Positions 20,722 through 28,529 of a DNA stretch of 32,000 nt are shown piece after piece. The stretch is from Mycolicibacterium smegmatis (GTDB taxonomy: Bacteria > Actinomycetota > Actinomycetes > Mycobacteriales > Mycobacteriaceae): NCBI RefSeq assembly GCF_001457595.1, contig NZ_LN831039.1, positions 3,840,001 through 3,872,000 of the forward strand, in the 5' to 3' direction. A program made the position numbers and the translations under genes. Below the pieces are notes generated by a model. The model searched no databases and had not been told where the DNA came from. It saw only the letters and a list, made by a program, of their open reading frames with translations. Within the stretch, counting starts at the first letter, position 1; every line of letters starts with the position of its first letter.

Positions 20722-21762
20722 TCATGACAAAGAATTGAGGCACGGCATGGCGAGGGCGGTGAAGTCGCCATCGTCGGCTGATCGGATGGTGGCCGGTTGA
20801 TCGGCGCCACGGAGGTCGAGCATCAAGTCGCTGCCCAGTGCGTGGCTGATCGCCGGGTACAACGTGGTCAGCTCGAACCAGACGGTCAGGTCGGGGCCGG
20901 ATGCGTTTCCGTCGAGTTCCACCGCGCAGTCAGGCAGCACCACGCTCGGCTGGCTGGCAGCTATTCGAAGGCCGATCCTCTCCGGAGCCTGTTGCTCCAG
21001 TGCCTTGAGCAGGTCTTTCTTCTCGACGGTGACGCGATGTGTCACAGCGGGGAGCGAACTGAACATGAGCTTGTAGTCAGGAAAGGCCTCAGTCAGCAGA
21101 CGACAGTGCGCGACGGTGCTGTCGACCATGCGCAGGCCCAGGGTCTGTTCGTTTGCTTCCAGCGTCACGACGGGGCTTCGTCTGAGCCGCGAGGCTACGG
21201 CCCGAAGATCGTCTCCGGCGAGCGTCCCCGCCCAGGATGTGGCAGAGGGTTGGCTGGGCACCAGCGTCCGCGTGGCCAAGCGGTAGCGATCGGTCGCGGT
21301 CAGCGAGATGGTATCGGGATTCGATTCCAGGCGTACACCATTCAGGATGGGTAAGTCGGCATTGTGCGTCGTGGTAGCCACGACCTGGTCGATCGCTGCT
21401 GCGAGGACCGGGCCCGAGAGCGTGCACAGATTGAGGTGAGCCGCTTCGCCAAGGGAGGCCTTGAGCGTCGCGGCAGCCCGTTGCATCCCGGCTGCCTCGG
21501 CGGCAACCTTGGCTACGTGATCGTCGATCATTTGCGCCGCCTCCTGAGTGCCGGCGGAGAAGAATCTGCCGATGGCGGGCAGCGACATCCCGATCTCGCG
21601 CAGCTGACGCAACTGCAAGGCGCGGTCCAGCTGCTCCTCGCTATAGAGCCGGTATCCCGTGATTCGGTCGACCTGCTCGGGATTAAGCAAACCTGCATCG
21701 TCGTAGAACCGCAAAGCGCTGGCGGTCAGTCCGGCGAGCTTGGCGAACGCACCGATCGACAT
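20722..21762 (-). CDS. MerR-family HTH fused to two DNA polymerase III beta-clamp-like domains
   Basis: N-terminus MSIGAFAKLAGLTASALRFYDDAGLLNPEQVDRITGYRLYSEEQL is a MerR HTH. The rest carries clamp-like motifs: LPILNGVRLE..ISLTATDRYRLA, RLLTEAFPDYKLMF and C-terminal FTALAMPC. Compare E. coli DnaN LPILGNLLLQ..LSLTGTDLEMEM, KLVDGRFPDYRRVLP and YVVMPMRL (from memory). Start taken at ATG 21762; the ORF is open to TTG 21801. Confidence 0.75.
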   Translation of the reverse strand: MSIGAFAKLAGLTASALRFYDDAGLLNPEQVDRITGYRLYSEEQLDRALQLRQLREIGMSLPAIGRFFSAGTQEAAQMIDDHVAKVAAEAAGMQRAAATLKASLGEAAHLNLCTLSGPVLAAAIDQVVATTTHNADLPILNGVRLESNPDTISLTATDRYRLATRTLVPSQPSATSWAGTLAGDDLRAVASRLRRSPVVTLEANEQTLGLRMVDSTVAHCRLLTEAFPDYKLMFSSLPAVTHRVTVEKKDLLKALEQQAPERIGLRIAASQPSVVLPDCAVELDGNASGPDLTVWFELTTLYPAISHALGSDLMLDLRGADQPATIRSADDGDFTALAMPCLNSLS

Positions 21763-21939
21763 CAACTCTGGGTTGGTCACCCGAACATCGTCAGGCCTCA
21801 ACCAGCTTGAATGTCAACCGCGACGCGATCCGTCAACAACGTCTTGCCCCGCAACAGCTAGGCTTGCCGCTCCCGCATTTATCGCGTGCTCCGGCACGTG
21901 CCCTCACTGTTTGCGCCGTCGAGCAGCGTGCCCCTCGAG

Positions 21940-22387
21940 AAACGGCCTGCAGCAACCTGATTGACGATTGCGACTCAACGGTCGGGCTCGCGGCCTGGTA
22001 CGTCGAGAAGTTCCGCTCCTGGACCGACAACCGCTGCGAGCCCGATGATGCGCTCACCAAGGACGAGATGATCACCGACATCATGGTCTACTGGCTGACC
22101 GGGACCGCGCACTCCGCCATGCGCTTCTACAGCGAGTCCCGTGAGCACCCGGTCCACCTCGCCGCCGGCCGGCGGAACACACCACCTACCGGCGTCGCCA
22201 ACCTGCCCGCAGAGATTCCGATGCCGCCACGCGAATGGTGGAGCGCGCGTTCACCGTCGTTCATTGGACGGAACTCCCCCGCGGCGGCCACTTCGCCGCC
22301 TGGGAGGTGCCCGACTCGCTCGCCGAGGACGTACGGGCGTTCTTCCGACCGCTCAGAGCGTTCGAGCCGGCACGGCCGCGATCTTGA
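21940..22387 (+). pseudogene. Epoxide hydrolase (alpha/beta-hydrolase) C-terminal remnant, 5'-truncated and frameshifted
   Basis: Frame 3: STVGLAAWYVEKFRSWTD, DIMVYWLTGTAHSAMRFYSE, PTGVANLPAEIPMPPREW. Then, after a 1-nt shift at about 22238, frame 2: VERAFTVVHWTELPRGGHFAAWEVPDSLAEDVRAFFRPL, stop 22385-22387. The N-terminal half, including the nucleophile region, is absent. Confidence 0.7.
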
Positions 22388-22474
22388 ATTCACCCACGTC
22401 GCATCCGTTCGTCATGTAACCCTGAGCGGGATGCGGTGCAGAGACGCACCAGCGAACACAACAGGACGGGCGCC

Positions 22475-23249
22475 GTGACCCAAGGTTCAGGACGACTTGC
22501 AGGAAAATCGGCGGTGATCACCGGCGCCGCGTTCGGCATCGGCCGGGCGAGCGCTGTGCTCTTCGCGCGCGAGGGCGCGCGGTTGACGGTGACCGACATC
22601 CAAGGCGAGCCACTGCTGACGTTCGCCGACCAACTGCGCGACACCGGGGCCGGAGGTCGAGGCGATCATCGGCGACGTCTCGGTCGAGGACGATGCGCGC
22701 CGGATGATCGCGGCGGCAACTGAGCGTTTCGGCCGCCTCGATGTGCTGGTGGCCAACGCCGGCATCATCCCACTCGGCGACGCGCAGGAGGTGACGACCG
22801 CCGACTGGGACGACGTGATGGCCATCGACGGGCGCGGCATGTTCCTCACGTGCAAGTTCGGGATCGAGGCGATGTTGGCGACCGGCGGCGGCGCCATCGT
22901 CTGCTTGTCCTCGATCTCCGGTCTGGCCGGGCAGAAGCGGCAGGCGGCTTACGGGCCTGCCAAATTCATCGCCACCGGGTTGGCAAAACACCTCGCGGTC
23001 GAGTGGGCCGACCGGGGCATCAGGGTCAACGCCGTCGCCCCGGGCACGATTCGAACCGAGCGGGTCAGGCAGATGCAGGAAGAGCCGGGCGGCGCGGAAT
23101 ACCTGGCGACGGTCGAGGCCATGCACCCGATGGGTCGCGTCGGTGAGCCTGACGAAGTCGCCAGCGCCATCGCCTTTCTCGCGTCCGACGACGCGTCCTT
23201 CATCACCGGCGCCGTGCTGCCCGTCGACGGGGGTTACCTGGCGCAGTAG
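22475..23249 (+). pseudogene. SDR (FabG-like 3-oxoacyl reductase family) with a 1-nt frameshift
   Basis: Frame 2 from GTG 22475: GKSAVITGAAFGIGRASAVLFAREGARLTVTD...LRDTGA. An extra G at about 22652 moves the reading to frame 3: EVEAIIGDVSVEDDARRMIAAATERFGRLDVLVANAG...YGPAKFI...VLPVDGGY. Confidence 0.75.
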
Positions 23250-23320
23250 CGTCACTCGCAATTCGGGGGCACGGTCGGCGGTGCCACGGGTGACACTTGA
23301 TCACATGAGCGAGCAGTTGC

Positions 23321-23362
23321 AGAGATATCCAGAGATATCCATTGCCCCTCAACGAGATATCC
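23321..23362. promoter_or_regulatory. Three copies of GAGATATCC (two in perfect 10-bp tandem) upstream of the DUF1232 gene
   Basis: AGAGATATCC at 23321-23330 and 23331-23340; CGAGATATCC at 23353-23362. Each contains the palindrome GATATC. They lie 50-90 nt upstream of ATG 23413. Confidence 0.35.
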
Positions 23363-23412
23363 CGGATGAGTCGATACGATGTCCACATGCTCCGCATCGT
23401 TGAACTCGGCTG

Positions 23413-23850
23413 ATGACACACCTCTGGGGCACACTCATCGGGGTCGCGGTCGGCCTGCTCATCGTGTGGGCAGCGCTGCTGATCGCACTGGCCCTGGCAC
23501 GCCCCAAGGACCTCAGCGTCACCGATGCACTGCGATTGCTGCCCGACACAGTGGTTTTGATGCGACGCCTGGCCGCCGATCCGCAACAGCCCCGCGGTGT
23601 CCGGGTCCGTCTGCTCCTGCTGCTGGTCTACCTGATCCTGCCGATCGACCTCGTGCCCGATTTCATCCCTTTTCTCGGCTACGCGGATGACGCCATCGTC
23701 GTTGCAGTCGCGCTGCGCTCGGTCGCCCGGCGCGCGGGGTACGGCGCCCTCGACAAGCACTGGCCGGGCACCCCGGAAGGACTCGAATCCGTTCGCCGTC
23801 TCGCCGGCATCCCGAGTCCACCCGAACCCGGAGAATCTCCGGAACAATAG
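23413..23850 (+). CDS. DUF1232 / YkvA-family membrane protein
   Basis: 145 aa with an N-terminal TM and the signature ILPIDLVPDFIPFLGYADDAIV. Confidence 0.8.
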   Translation: MTHLWGTLIGVAVGLLIVWAALLIALALARPKDLSVTDALRLLPDTVVLMRRLAADPQQPRGVRVRLLLLLVYLILPIDLVPDFIPFLGYADDAIVVAVALRSVARRAGYGALDKHWPGTPEGLESVRRLAGIPSPPEPGESPEQ

Positions 23851-23884
23851 CTCGCGCCCAGTTCATTTCGGGCCGGCCGCTCAG

Positions 23885-25054
23885 CTAGTCGTCGTCGGCG
23901 GCGCCAGGGACGGCCGGTGCCTCGATACCCGGATGTTGTGCGCCGTCGTTGGCGCCCGAGGCGTCGTCGTCGCCGGCAATGAGCCCGAACACCGAGAAAC
24001 TCACGATCCAGTAGGCGACGTACCCCACCAGCAGCACCACTCCGTGCCAGCGGCGCAGGTGTCCGGTGAACAGCGCGTACGCCGCGAATCCGTTGATCAC
24101 GATGAGCGCAGGCAGATGCCAGCTGAAGACCTCCGGGGTGATCAACAGCGCACCGCCCAGCAGGGCGATGATGCCGACCTTCGCGGTCACCGAGAACACC
24201 ACACTGCCGATGACGTTGCCGACCCCGATCGCGGGCGCACCCCGCCGGAAGGGCTCGACGGTCAGGAAGATGTCCTCCAGGGACAGCACCAGTGTCGCGA
24301 TCGTCGCGCCGAAGACCGTGCCACCGATCGCGTATTCGTCGACGATGCCCTCGGTGCCCTCGGCCATGACCCAGGCACCGAGCACGACGCCGACCAACGC
24401 GACAAGCGCGAGCAGCAGCAACGCCCACCCAGGACGCTTGTTCGCCTTCGCCTTCGCCACATCACCGGTCTCGTAGAGACTGCCGCCGCCGCCCGGCCGA
24501 CCACCACCACCGGAGTTCCTGGCGCCGCTGCCGACGAGTTCGCGACTGTGCGCCACTTCCACGGCGTTCTCGGCTTCCACCACCTCCAGCACCTCCGCAC
24601 TGCGGAAGGTCGGCACGGCCCGCCGGGACTCGCGGTAGGCGATGTAGGCGATGAACACCACGAACAACGCGATGAGCACCACCCCGGTCACCCGGCTCAA
24701 CCCGCCGAGCAAAGCAGGCACGATCAACACGAGAGGTGCGATGGCGAACAGCGCGATGTAGTCCTTCGGGATCTCCACCGGCCTGGGCGCGAGGATGGCG
24801 GCCAGCGCGAGCACCAGGCCGGTCAGCGAGACGACGGTTCCGAAGATGACTCCGAGCGCGATGTCTTCGCTGCCCTCCAGGTTGAGCACCACGCCGAAGG
24901 CCAGATCGTCGAATTCGATGCCCGTGAACAGGATTGCGAGCAGAAAGAGCGATATCGCCAGGCCGCGCGCCGCTCCGACCAGATAGGTGATGAGTTTCTC
25001 GGCGCTGTAGATCAACAGGGCCGCACCGACGGTGAAGGCAATGATCGACGTCAT
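23885..25054 (-). CDS. CaCA-family (sodium/calcium exchanger-type) cation antiporter
   Basis: 389 aa from ATG 25054 (MTSIIAFTVGAALL). There are two multi-TM halves separated by a charged Gly-rich loop. Each half carries an acidic alpha-repeat-like motif (FTGIEFDDLAFG and LSLEDIFLTVEP). The ORF-track N-terminal extension to 25216 overlaps the miniprotein gene and is rejected. Confidence 0.75.
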   Translation of the reverse strand: MTSIIAFTVGAALLIYSAEKLITYLVGAARGLAISLFLLAILFTGIEFDDLAFGVVLNLEGSEDIALGVIFGTVVSLTGLVLALAAILAPRPVEIPKDYIALFAIAPLVLIVPALLGGLSRVTGVVLIALFVVFIAYIAYRESRRAVPTFRSAEVLEVVEAENAVEVAHSRELVGSGARNSGGGGRPGGGGSLYETGDVAKAKANKRPGWALLLLALVALVGVVLGAWVMAEGTEGIVDEYAIGGTVFGATIATLVLSLEDIFLTVEPFRRGAPAIGVGNVIGSVVFSVTAKVGIIALLGGALLITPEVFSWHLPALIVINGFAAYALFTGHLRRWHGVVLLVGYVAYWIVSFSVFGLIAGDDDASGANDGAQHPGIEAPAVPGAADDD

Positions 25055-25065
25055 CGGCAAACCTC

Positions 25066-25272
25066 TCAGTGTTGGTGTACTTCGCAGGCGCAGTACATGT
25101 TTCGACACGTGTAGCAGGCAGGCATGCCCTGGCAGCGCGGGCAGACGTCGCAGCTGACCGGCTCGGTGTGCCGGTGGGCATCCACGGAGTTGTACGATTC
25201 GCCGCAGTGGTAGCACGGCGGACGCCCGCTGTTGTCGTCCAATTCGCGAAGCTGATCGGTGGCCGAGTTCAC
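25066..25272 (-). CDS. Cys/His-rich miniprotein, 68 aa (zinc-ribbon or metallothionein-like)
   Basis: The GTG start overlaps the pqqE TGA (GTGA). Sequence: MNSATDQLRELDDNSGRPPCYHCGESYNSVDAHRHTEPVSCDVCPRCQGMPACYTCRNMYCACEVHQH, with 9 Cys and 5 His in the last 49 residues. Hand-counted GC3 is about 82 percent, which is coding-like. It ends 11 nt before the antiporter ATG. Confidence 0.5.
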   Translation of the reverse strand: MNSATDQLRELDDNSGRPPCYHCGESYNSVDAHRHTEPVSCDVCPRCQGMPACYTCRNMYCACEVHQH

Positions 25273-26399
25273 CGTCGTACCTGCAGGGGCAGCTGCGTCC
25301 GGGTGCGTCCGGGATTCGGTCGGGGAATCATCACACCGTCGTGCGGCAGCGTCGGGTCGTTGGCTGCCGCCACCGCCGTCTCGACCAGCCCGTGATCCGG
25401 GGAGAGATGACAGACGGGGTCGGTGCGGGCAGCGTCGCCGGTGAGCGCGAAAGCCTGGCAACGACAACCGCCGAAGTCGATCTCGCGACGGTCGCAGGTG
25501 CGGCACGGGTCGGGCATCCAGTCGTCGCCGCGGAACTGCCGGAAGAGTGGCGACTGCATCCAGATCCACTCCAGTGAATGCCTACGTACGTTGGTACCGG
25601 GCAGGCTCAGGCCGCGCGCCAACTCGTGGGCCGCTGGGCACGGCAGGGCTTCGCCGTTCGGCACCACGGTGAACTGGCGGCGTGCCCAGCCGGCCATGCA
25701 GGGTTTGGGATACTTCTCGTAGTAGTCGGGGATGACGTAGATGATCTCCATCCGGTTCCCGAGCCGGCCTCGAGCCGCCCGCACCACCGTCTGCGCGCGC
25801 TCCAATTGGTCTCTGCTGGGCAGCAATTCGGCGCGGTTGCGCCCCGCCCAGCCGTAGTACTGCGTGTTGGCCAGCTCGATCCGGTCGGCCTCCATCACGG
25901 CTGCCATGTCGAGGATGGCGCCGATCCGATCGATGTTCTGCCGGTGCAGCACCACGTTCAGCGTGAGCGGCCAACCCAGCTTCTTCACCAGCCGCGCGAC
26001 GTCGTGTTTGCGCTCGAACGAGGCGGTGCCGGCTATCCGGTCGGACACCTCTGGCTGATCGGCCTGAATGCTGACCTGGACATGGTCGAGCCCCGCGTCG
26101 CGCAGCTGCTCGGCGCGACGGGTCGAGAAGCCGAGCCCGCTGGTGATCAGATTGGTGTACATGCCGAGCCCGTTGGCACACCGCACGAGGTCGACGATGT
26201 CGTGGCGCTGCATGGGCTCGCCGCCCGAAAGGTGTACCTGAAGTACGCCCAGCTCGGCGGCCTCGGCGAACACCCTTTGCCATTCCACGGTGGACAGCTC
26301 GTCGCGATAGTTCTGCAGCGCAACGGGATTGGAGCAGTAGGGGCAGTGCAGCGGACAGGCATAGGTGAGCTCGGCGAGCAACGCATACGGCCTATCCAT
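25269..26399 (-). CDS. pqqE: PqqE, radical SAM/SPASM PQQ biosynthesis enzyme
   Basis: [25 protein letters not shown] (CxxxCxxC) and a SPASM-type Cys cluster near the C-terminus. ATG 26399 overlaps the pqqD stop by 8 nt. Confidence 0.9.
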   Translation of the reverse strand: MDRPYALLAELTYACPLHCPYCSNPVALQNYRDELSTVEWQRVFAEAAELGVLQVHLSGGEPMQRHDIVDLVRCANGLGMYTNLITSGLGFSTRRAEQLRDAGLDHVQVSIQADQPEVSDRIAGTASFERKHDVARLVKKLGWPLTLNVVLHRQNIDRIGAILDMAAVMEADRIELANTQYYGWAGRNRAELLPSRDQLERAQTVVRAARGRLGNRMEIIYVIPDYYEKYPKPCMAGWARRQFTVVPNGEALPCPAAHELARGLSLPGTNVRRHSLEWIWMQSPLFRQFRGDDWMPDPCRTCDRREIDFGGCRCQAFALTGDAARTDPVCHLSPDHGLVETAVAAANDPTLPHDGVMIPRPNPGRTRTQLPLQVRR

Positions 26400-26670
26400 G
26401 ATCGATCTCCATCCCGTGTTTGGCGACGAGGTCGGCGACGAAGCGTCGGACGTCGCCCTCGGCGATCTCGTCGTAGCGACTGCCGAGCTCGACCTGGATC
26501 TCCGCGATGGTCCGCCGGGCGTCACACAGCTCCACGATCGCCACGCCGGTGTCGTTGAGCACCCAGATCGTCTCCGGCGAGAGCAGGGCGTACTGCCCGC
26601 GCGCGGCGTCGAACCTCATCCGGACGTGGGGAGCCAGCCGCGGCCGGGCGGCGTCGTCAGCGATTTCCAT
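26392..26670 (-). CDS. pqqD: PqqD, PQQ biosynthesis peptide chaperone
   Basis: 92 aa from ATG 26670 ([42 protein letters not shown]...). It overlaps the pqqC end by 14 nt. Confidence 0.85.
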   Translation of the reverse strand: MEIADDAARPRLAPHVRMRFDAARGQYALLSPETIWVLNDTGVAIVELCDARRTIAEIQVELGSRYDEIAEGDVRRFVADLVAKHGMEIDHG

Positions 26671-27373
26671 AAGCCTGGTCGATCGCATCGAGCATGCTCC
26701 ACAGCACGTCGCACTTGAAGGACAAGGCCGACAGCGCGGCCGTCTGGGTTTCCTGCGTGACGCAATGCCGTCGCACCACCTCAAGACCGTGTTCGGAGTC
26801 GCGGGGCGCCTGGGTGATGCGAGATCTGAAGTAAGAGAGTTCTTTCGGGTCGATCCAGGTGTAGTGACGTTCGAACGCCGCGAGCCGCTCGGCCATCAGG
26901 TCGGGTGCGAACAGCTCGGTCAGCGACGAGGCCACCGCCTCCAGCCATGGCCGGGTGCGGGTGAAGTTCACGTAGGCGTCGACGGCGAAGCGCACGCCCG
27001 GCAGCAGGTGTCGTGCGTCTTCGACCTCCGCCCTGGTCAAACCGACCGCTTCGGCCAGTCGCAGCCACGCCTCGATTCCCCCGGTTCCTTCGGTCGTGCC
27101 GTCGTGGTCGATGATTCGCTGGACCCAACGGCGCCGTATCTCACGGTCCGGGCAGGTGCTGAGGATCGCTGCGTCTTTCCGGGGGATGTTCACCTGGTAG
27201 TAGAAGCGGTTGGCCACCCACCCGCGGATCTCCTCGGGGCTGCACTGCCCGGTGTTCATCCGACGGTGGAAGGGATGCAGGTGGTGGTAATCCTTGACGT
27301 GCTCGCGAAGCGCTTCCTCGAACTCGTCGGGCGTCAGTGCCTGGGTTACTGCTCCTCGCGCCAGCGGTGCCAT
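26657..27373 (-). CDS. pqqC: PqqC, pyrroloquinoline-quinone synthase
   Basis: 238 aa: [46 protein letters not shown]. The SD GAGGAG spans the pqqB stop. Confidence 0.9.
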   Translation of the reverse strand: MAPLARGAVTQALTPDEFEEALREHVKDYHHLHPFHRRMNTGQCSPEEIRGWVANRFYYQVNIPRKDAAILSTCPDREIRRRWVQRIIDHDGTTEGTGGIEAWLRLAEAVGLTRAEVEDARHLLPGVRFAVDAYVNFTRTRPWLEAVASSLTELFAPDLMAERLAAFERHYTWIDPKELSYFRSRITQAPRDSEHGLEVVRRHCVTQETQTAALSALSFKCDVLWSMLDAIDQAYGNR

Positions 27374-27382
27374 GGTTGCTCC

Positions 27383-28285
27383 TCAGATCTCCAGCTCGAG
27401 CCCGTCAGCGGCGACCTCGATGCCGTGGCGGTCGAGAATCCGCCGCTCCGGGGAGTCCTCGAGCAGGACGGGGTTGGTGTTGTTGATGTGGATGTAGACC
27501 TTGCGGTCGATCGGCAGCGATGCCAGCAGCTCGAGGCTGCCGCCGGCACCGGCGATCGGGACATGTCCCATCTCGCGTGATGTCTTGCCTGCCAGGCCGA
27601 GCCGGGGCATCTCGTCGTCGCGCCAGCAGGTGCCGTCGATCAGCAGGCCCGAGCAGTCGGCCAGTTCCTCGAGGACCTCCGGGGTCAGCCGTTGCACGCA
27701 CGGCAGGTACACCAGGCTGCGGCCACTACCTGCGTCGGTGAGTCGGTAGCCCACCACCCGGCCATGTGTCGCGGCTCCCGGGAATCGCATGGACTTGTCG
27801 GTGGGTACGTCGAACGCGCGGTACGACAACCCGTGTGATCCGTCGTCGAGCGGGACCTCGACCCCGGGCACCACCGGCTGCCACTTGACCGGGCAGTACG
27901 CCTCCAGTGTCCTGAGTACCCCGGTCCCTGTGGTGAGGGTTTCGTGCACCGACTCGGTCGCGTGGACTTCGAGACCACGCCCTTCCCGCATCAGCAGCAG
28001 TCCGAGGGTGTGGTCGAGTTCGGCGTCGGTGAGCAGCACAGCCTGAAGCCGGACCACTCTGCCTTCGTCGGGGTGCAGATCCGGGAAAGCCTCGATCTGG
28101 GATTGGATGTCCGGCGAGGCGTTGAACAAAAACCACTGTTTCCGATCAGCACTCACCGCGATCGACGACTGTGAGCGTGCCACGCAGGGTCGTGCGCCGG
28201 TCCGCACCGCACGGCACTGGGGACACCCGCAGTTCCACTGCGGAAACCCGCCGCCCGCTGCCGATCCGAGCACCCTCACCCACAC
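27383..28285 (-). CDS. pqqB: PqqB, metallo-beta-lactamase-fold PQQ biosynthesis protein
   Basis: MWVRVLGSAAGGGFPQWNCGCPQC, a typical PqqB N-terminus. 300 aa, GTG start. Confidence 0.9.
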   Translation of the reverse strand: MWVRVLGSAAGGGFPQWNCGCPQCRAVRTGARPCVARSQSSIAVSADRKQWFLFNASPDIQSQIEAFPDLHPDEGRVVRLQAVLLTDAELDHTLGLLLMREGRGLEVHATESVHETLTTGTGVLRTLEAYCPVKWQPVVPGVEVPLDDGSHGLSYRAFDVPTDKSMRFPGAATHGRVVGYRLTDAGSGRSLVYLPCVQRLTPEVLEELADCSGLLIDGTCWRDDEMPRLGLAGKTSREMGHVPIAGAGGSLELLASLPIDRKVYIHINNTNPVLLEDSPERRILDRHGIEVAADGLELEI

Positions 28286-28366
28286 AAGCGATCACTTCCT
28301 TCGTAGGAATACACGGCGGGGCGCCGGGCCGACCCGACCCGGCCCGACGCCCTCGCGGTGAGGCGA

Positions 28367-28480
28367 CTAGTCGTCGCCGTCCAGGACGGCCACGTATGCG
28401 GTCACCTCGGCGGAAACCCGGATCTCGGCGAACGTGGGACGCTCCCACTTCTGCAGGGCGCCTGCGGACTTCTTCTCCAT
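28367..28480 (-). CDS. pqqA: PqqA, PQQ precursor peptide (37 aa; below the ORF-track size cutoff)
   Basis: My own translation of the minus strand: MEKKSAGALQKWERPTFAEIRVSAEVTAYVAVLDGDD. It has the conserved W..P...EI.V..EVT.Y pattern (E-x3-Y crosslink pair). ATG preceded by GGAAGAGAG. Confidence 0.85.
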   Translation of the reverse strand: MEKKSAGALQKWERPTFAEIRVSAEVTAYVAVLDGDD

Positions 28481-28529
28481 GCTGTTCTCTCTTCCTTCTC
28501 TCGGGTTATGCGGATGCGTGGCGGACAGT

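Noticed and set aside
23687-25114. 475-aa plus-strand ORF, and 23679-24428 and 24462-25181 minus-strand ORFs, overlapping the antiporter
   Set aside because: These are out-of-frame or antisense shadows. Only the 23885-25054 frame gives a coherent multi-TM protein.
25294-25313. 10-bp tandem repeat TGCGTCCGGG x2
   Set aside because: It lies inside the pqqE C-terminal tail (encoding PGRTRT). It is short and plausibly a chance occurrence in GC-rich coding DNA.
25578-27580. Plus-strand ORFs of 326 aa and 357 aa opposite pqqE, pqqD and pqqC
   Set aside because: These are shadow frames opposite unmistakable pqq genes.
28325-28346. Possible attenuator hairpin between pqqA and pqqB
   Set aside because: I could pair only a 6-bp GC stem (28325-28330 with 28341-28346, 10-nt loop). 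That is too weak to call without folding software.
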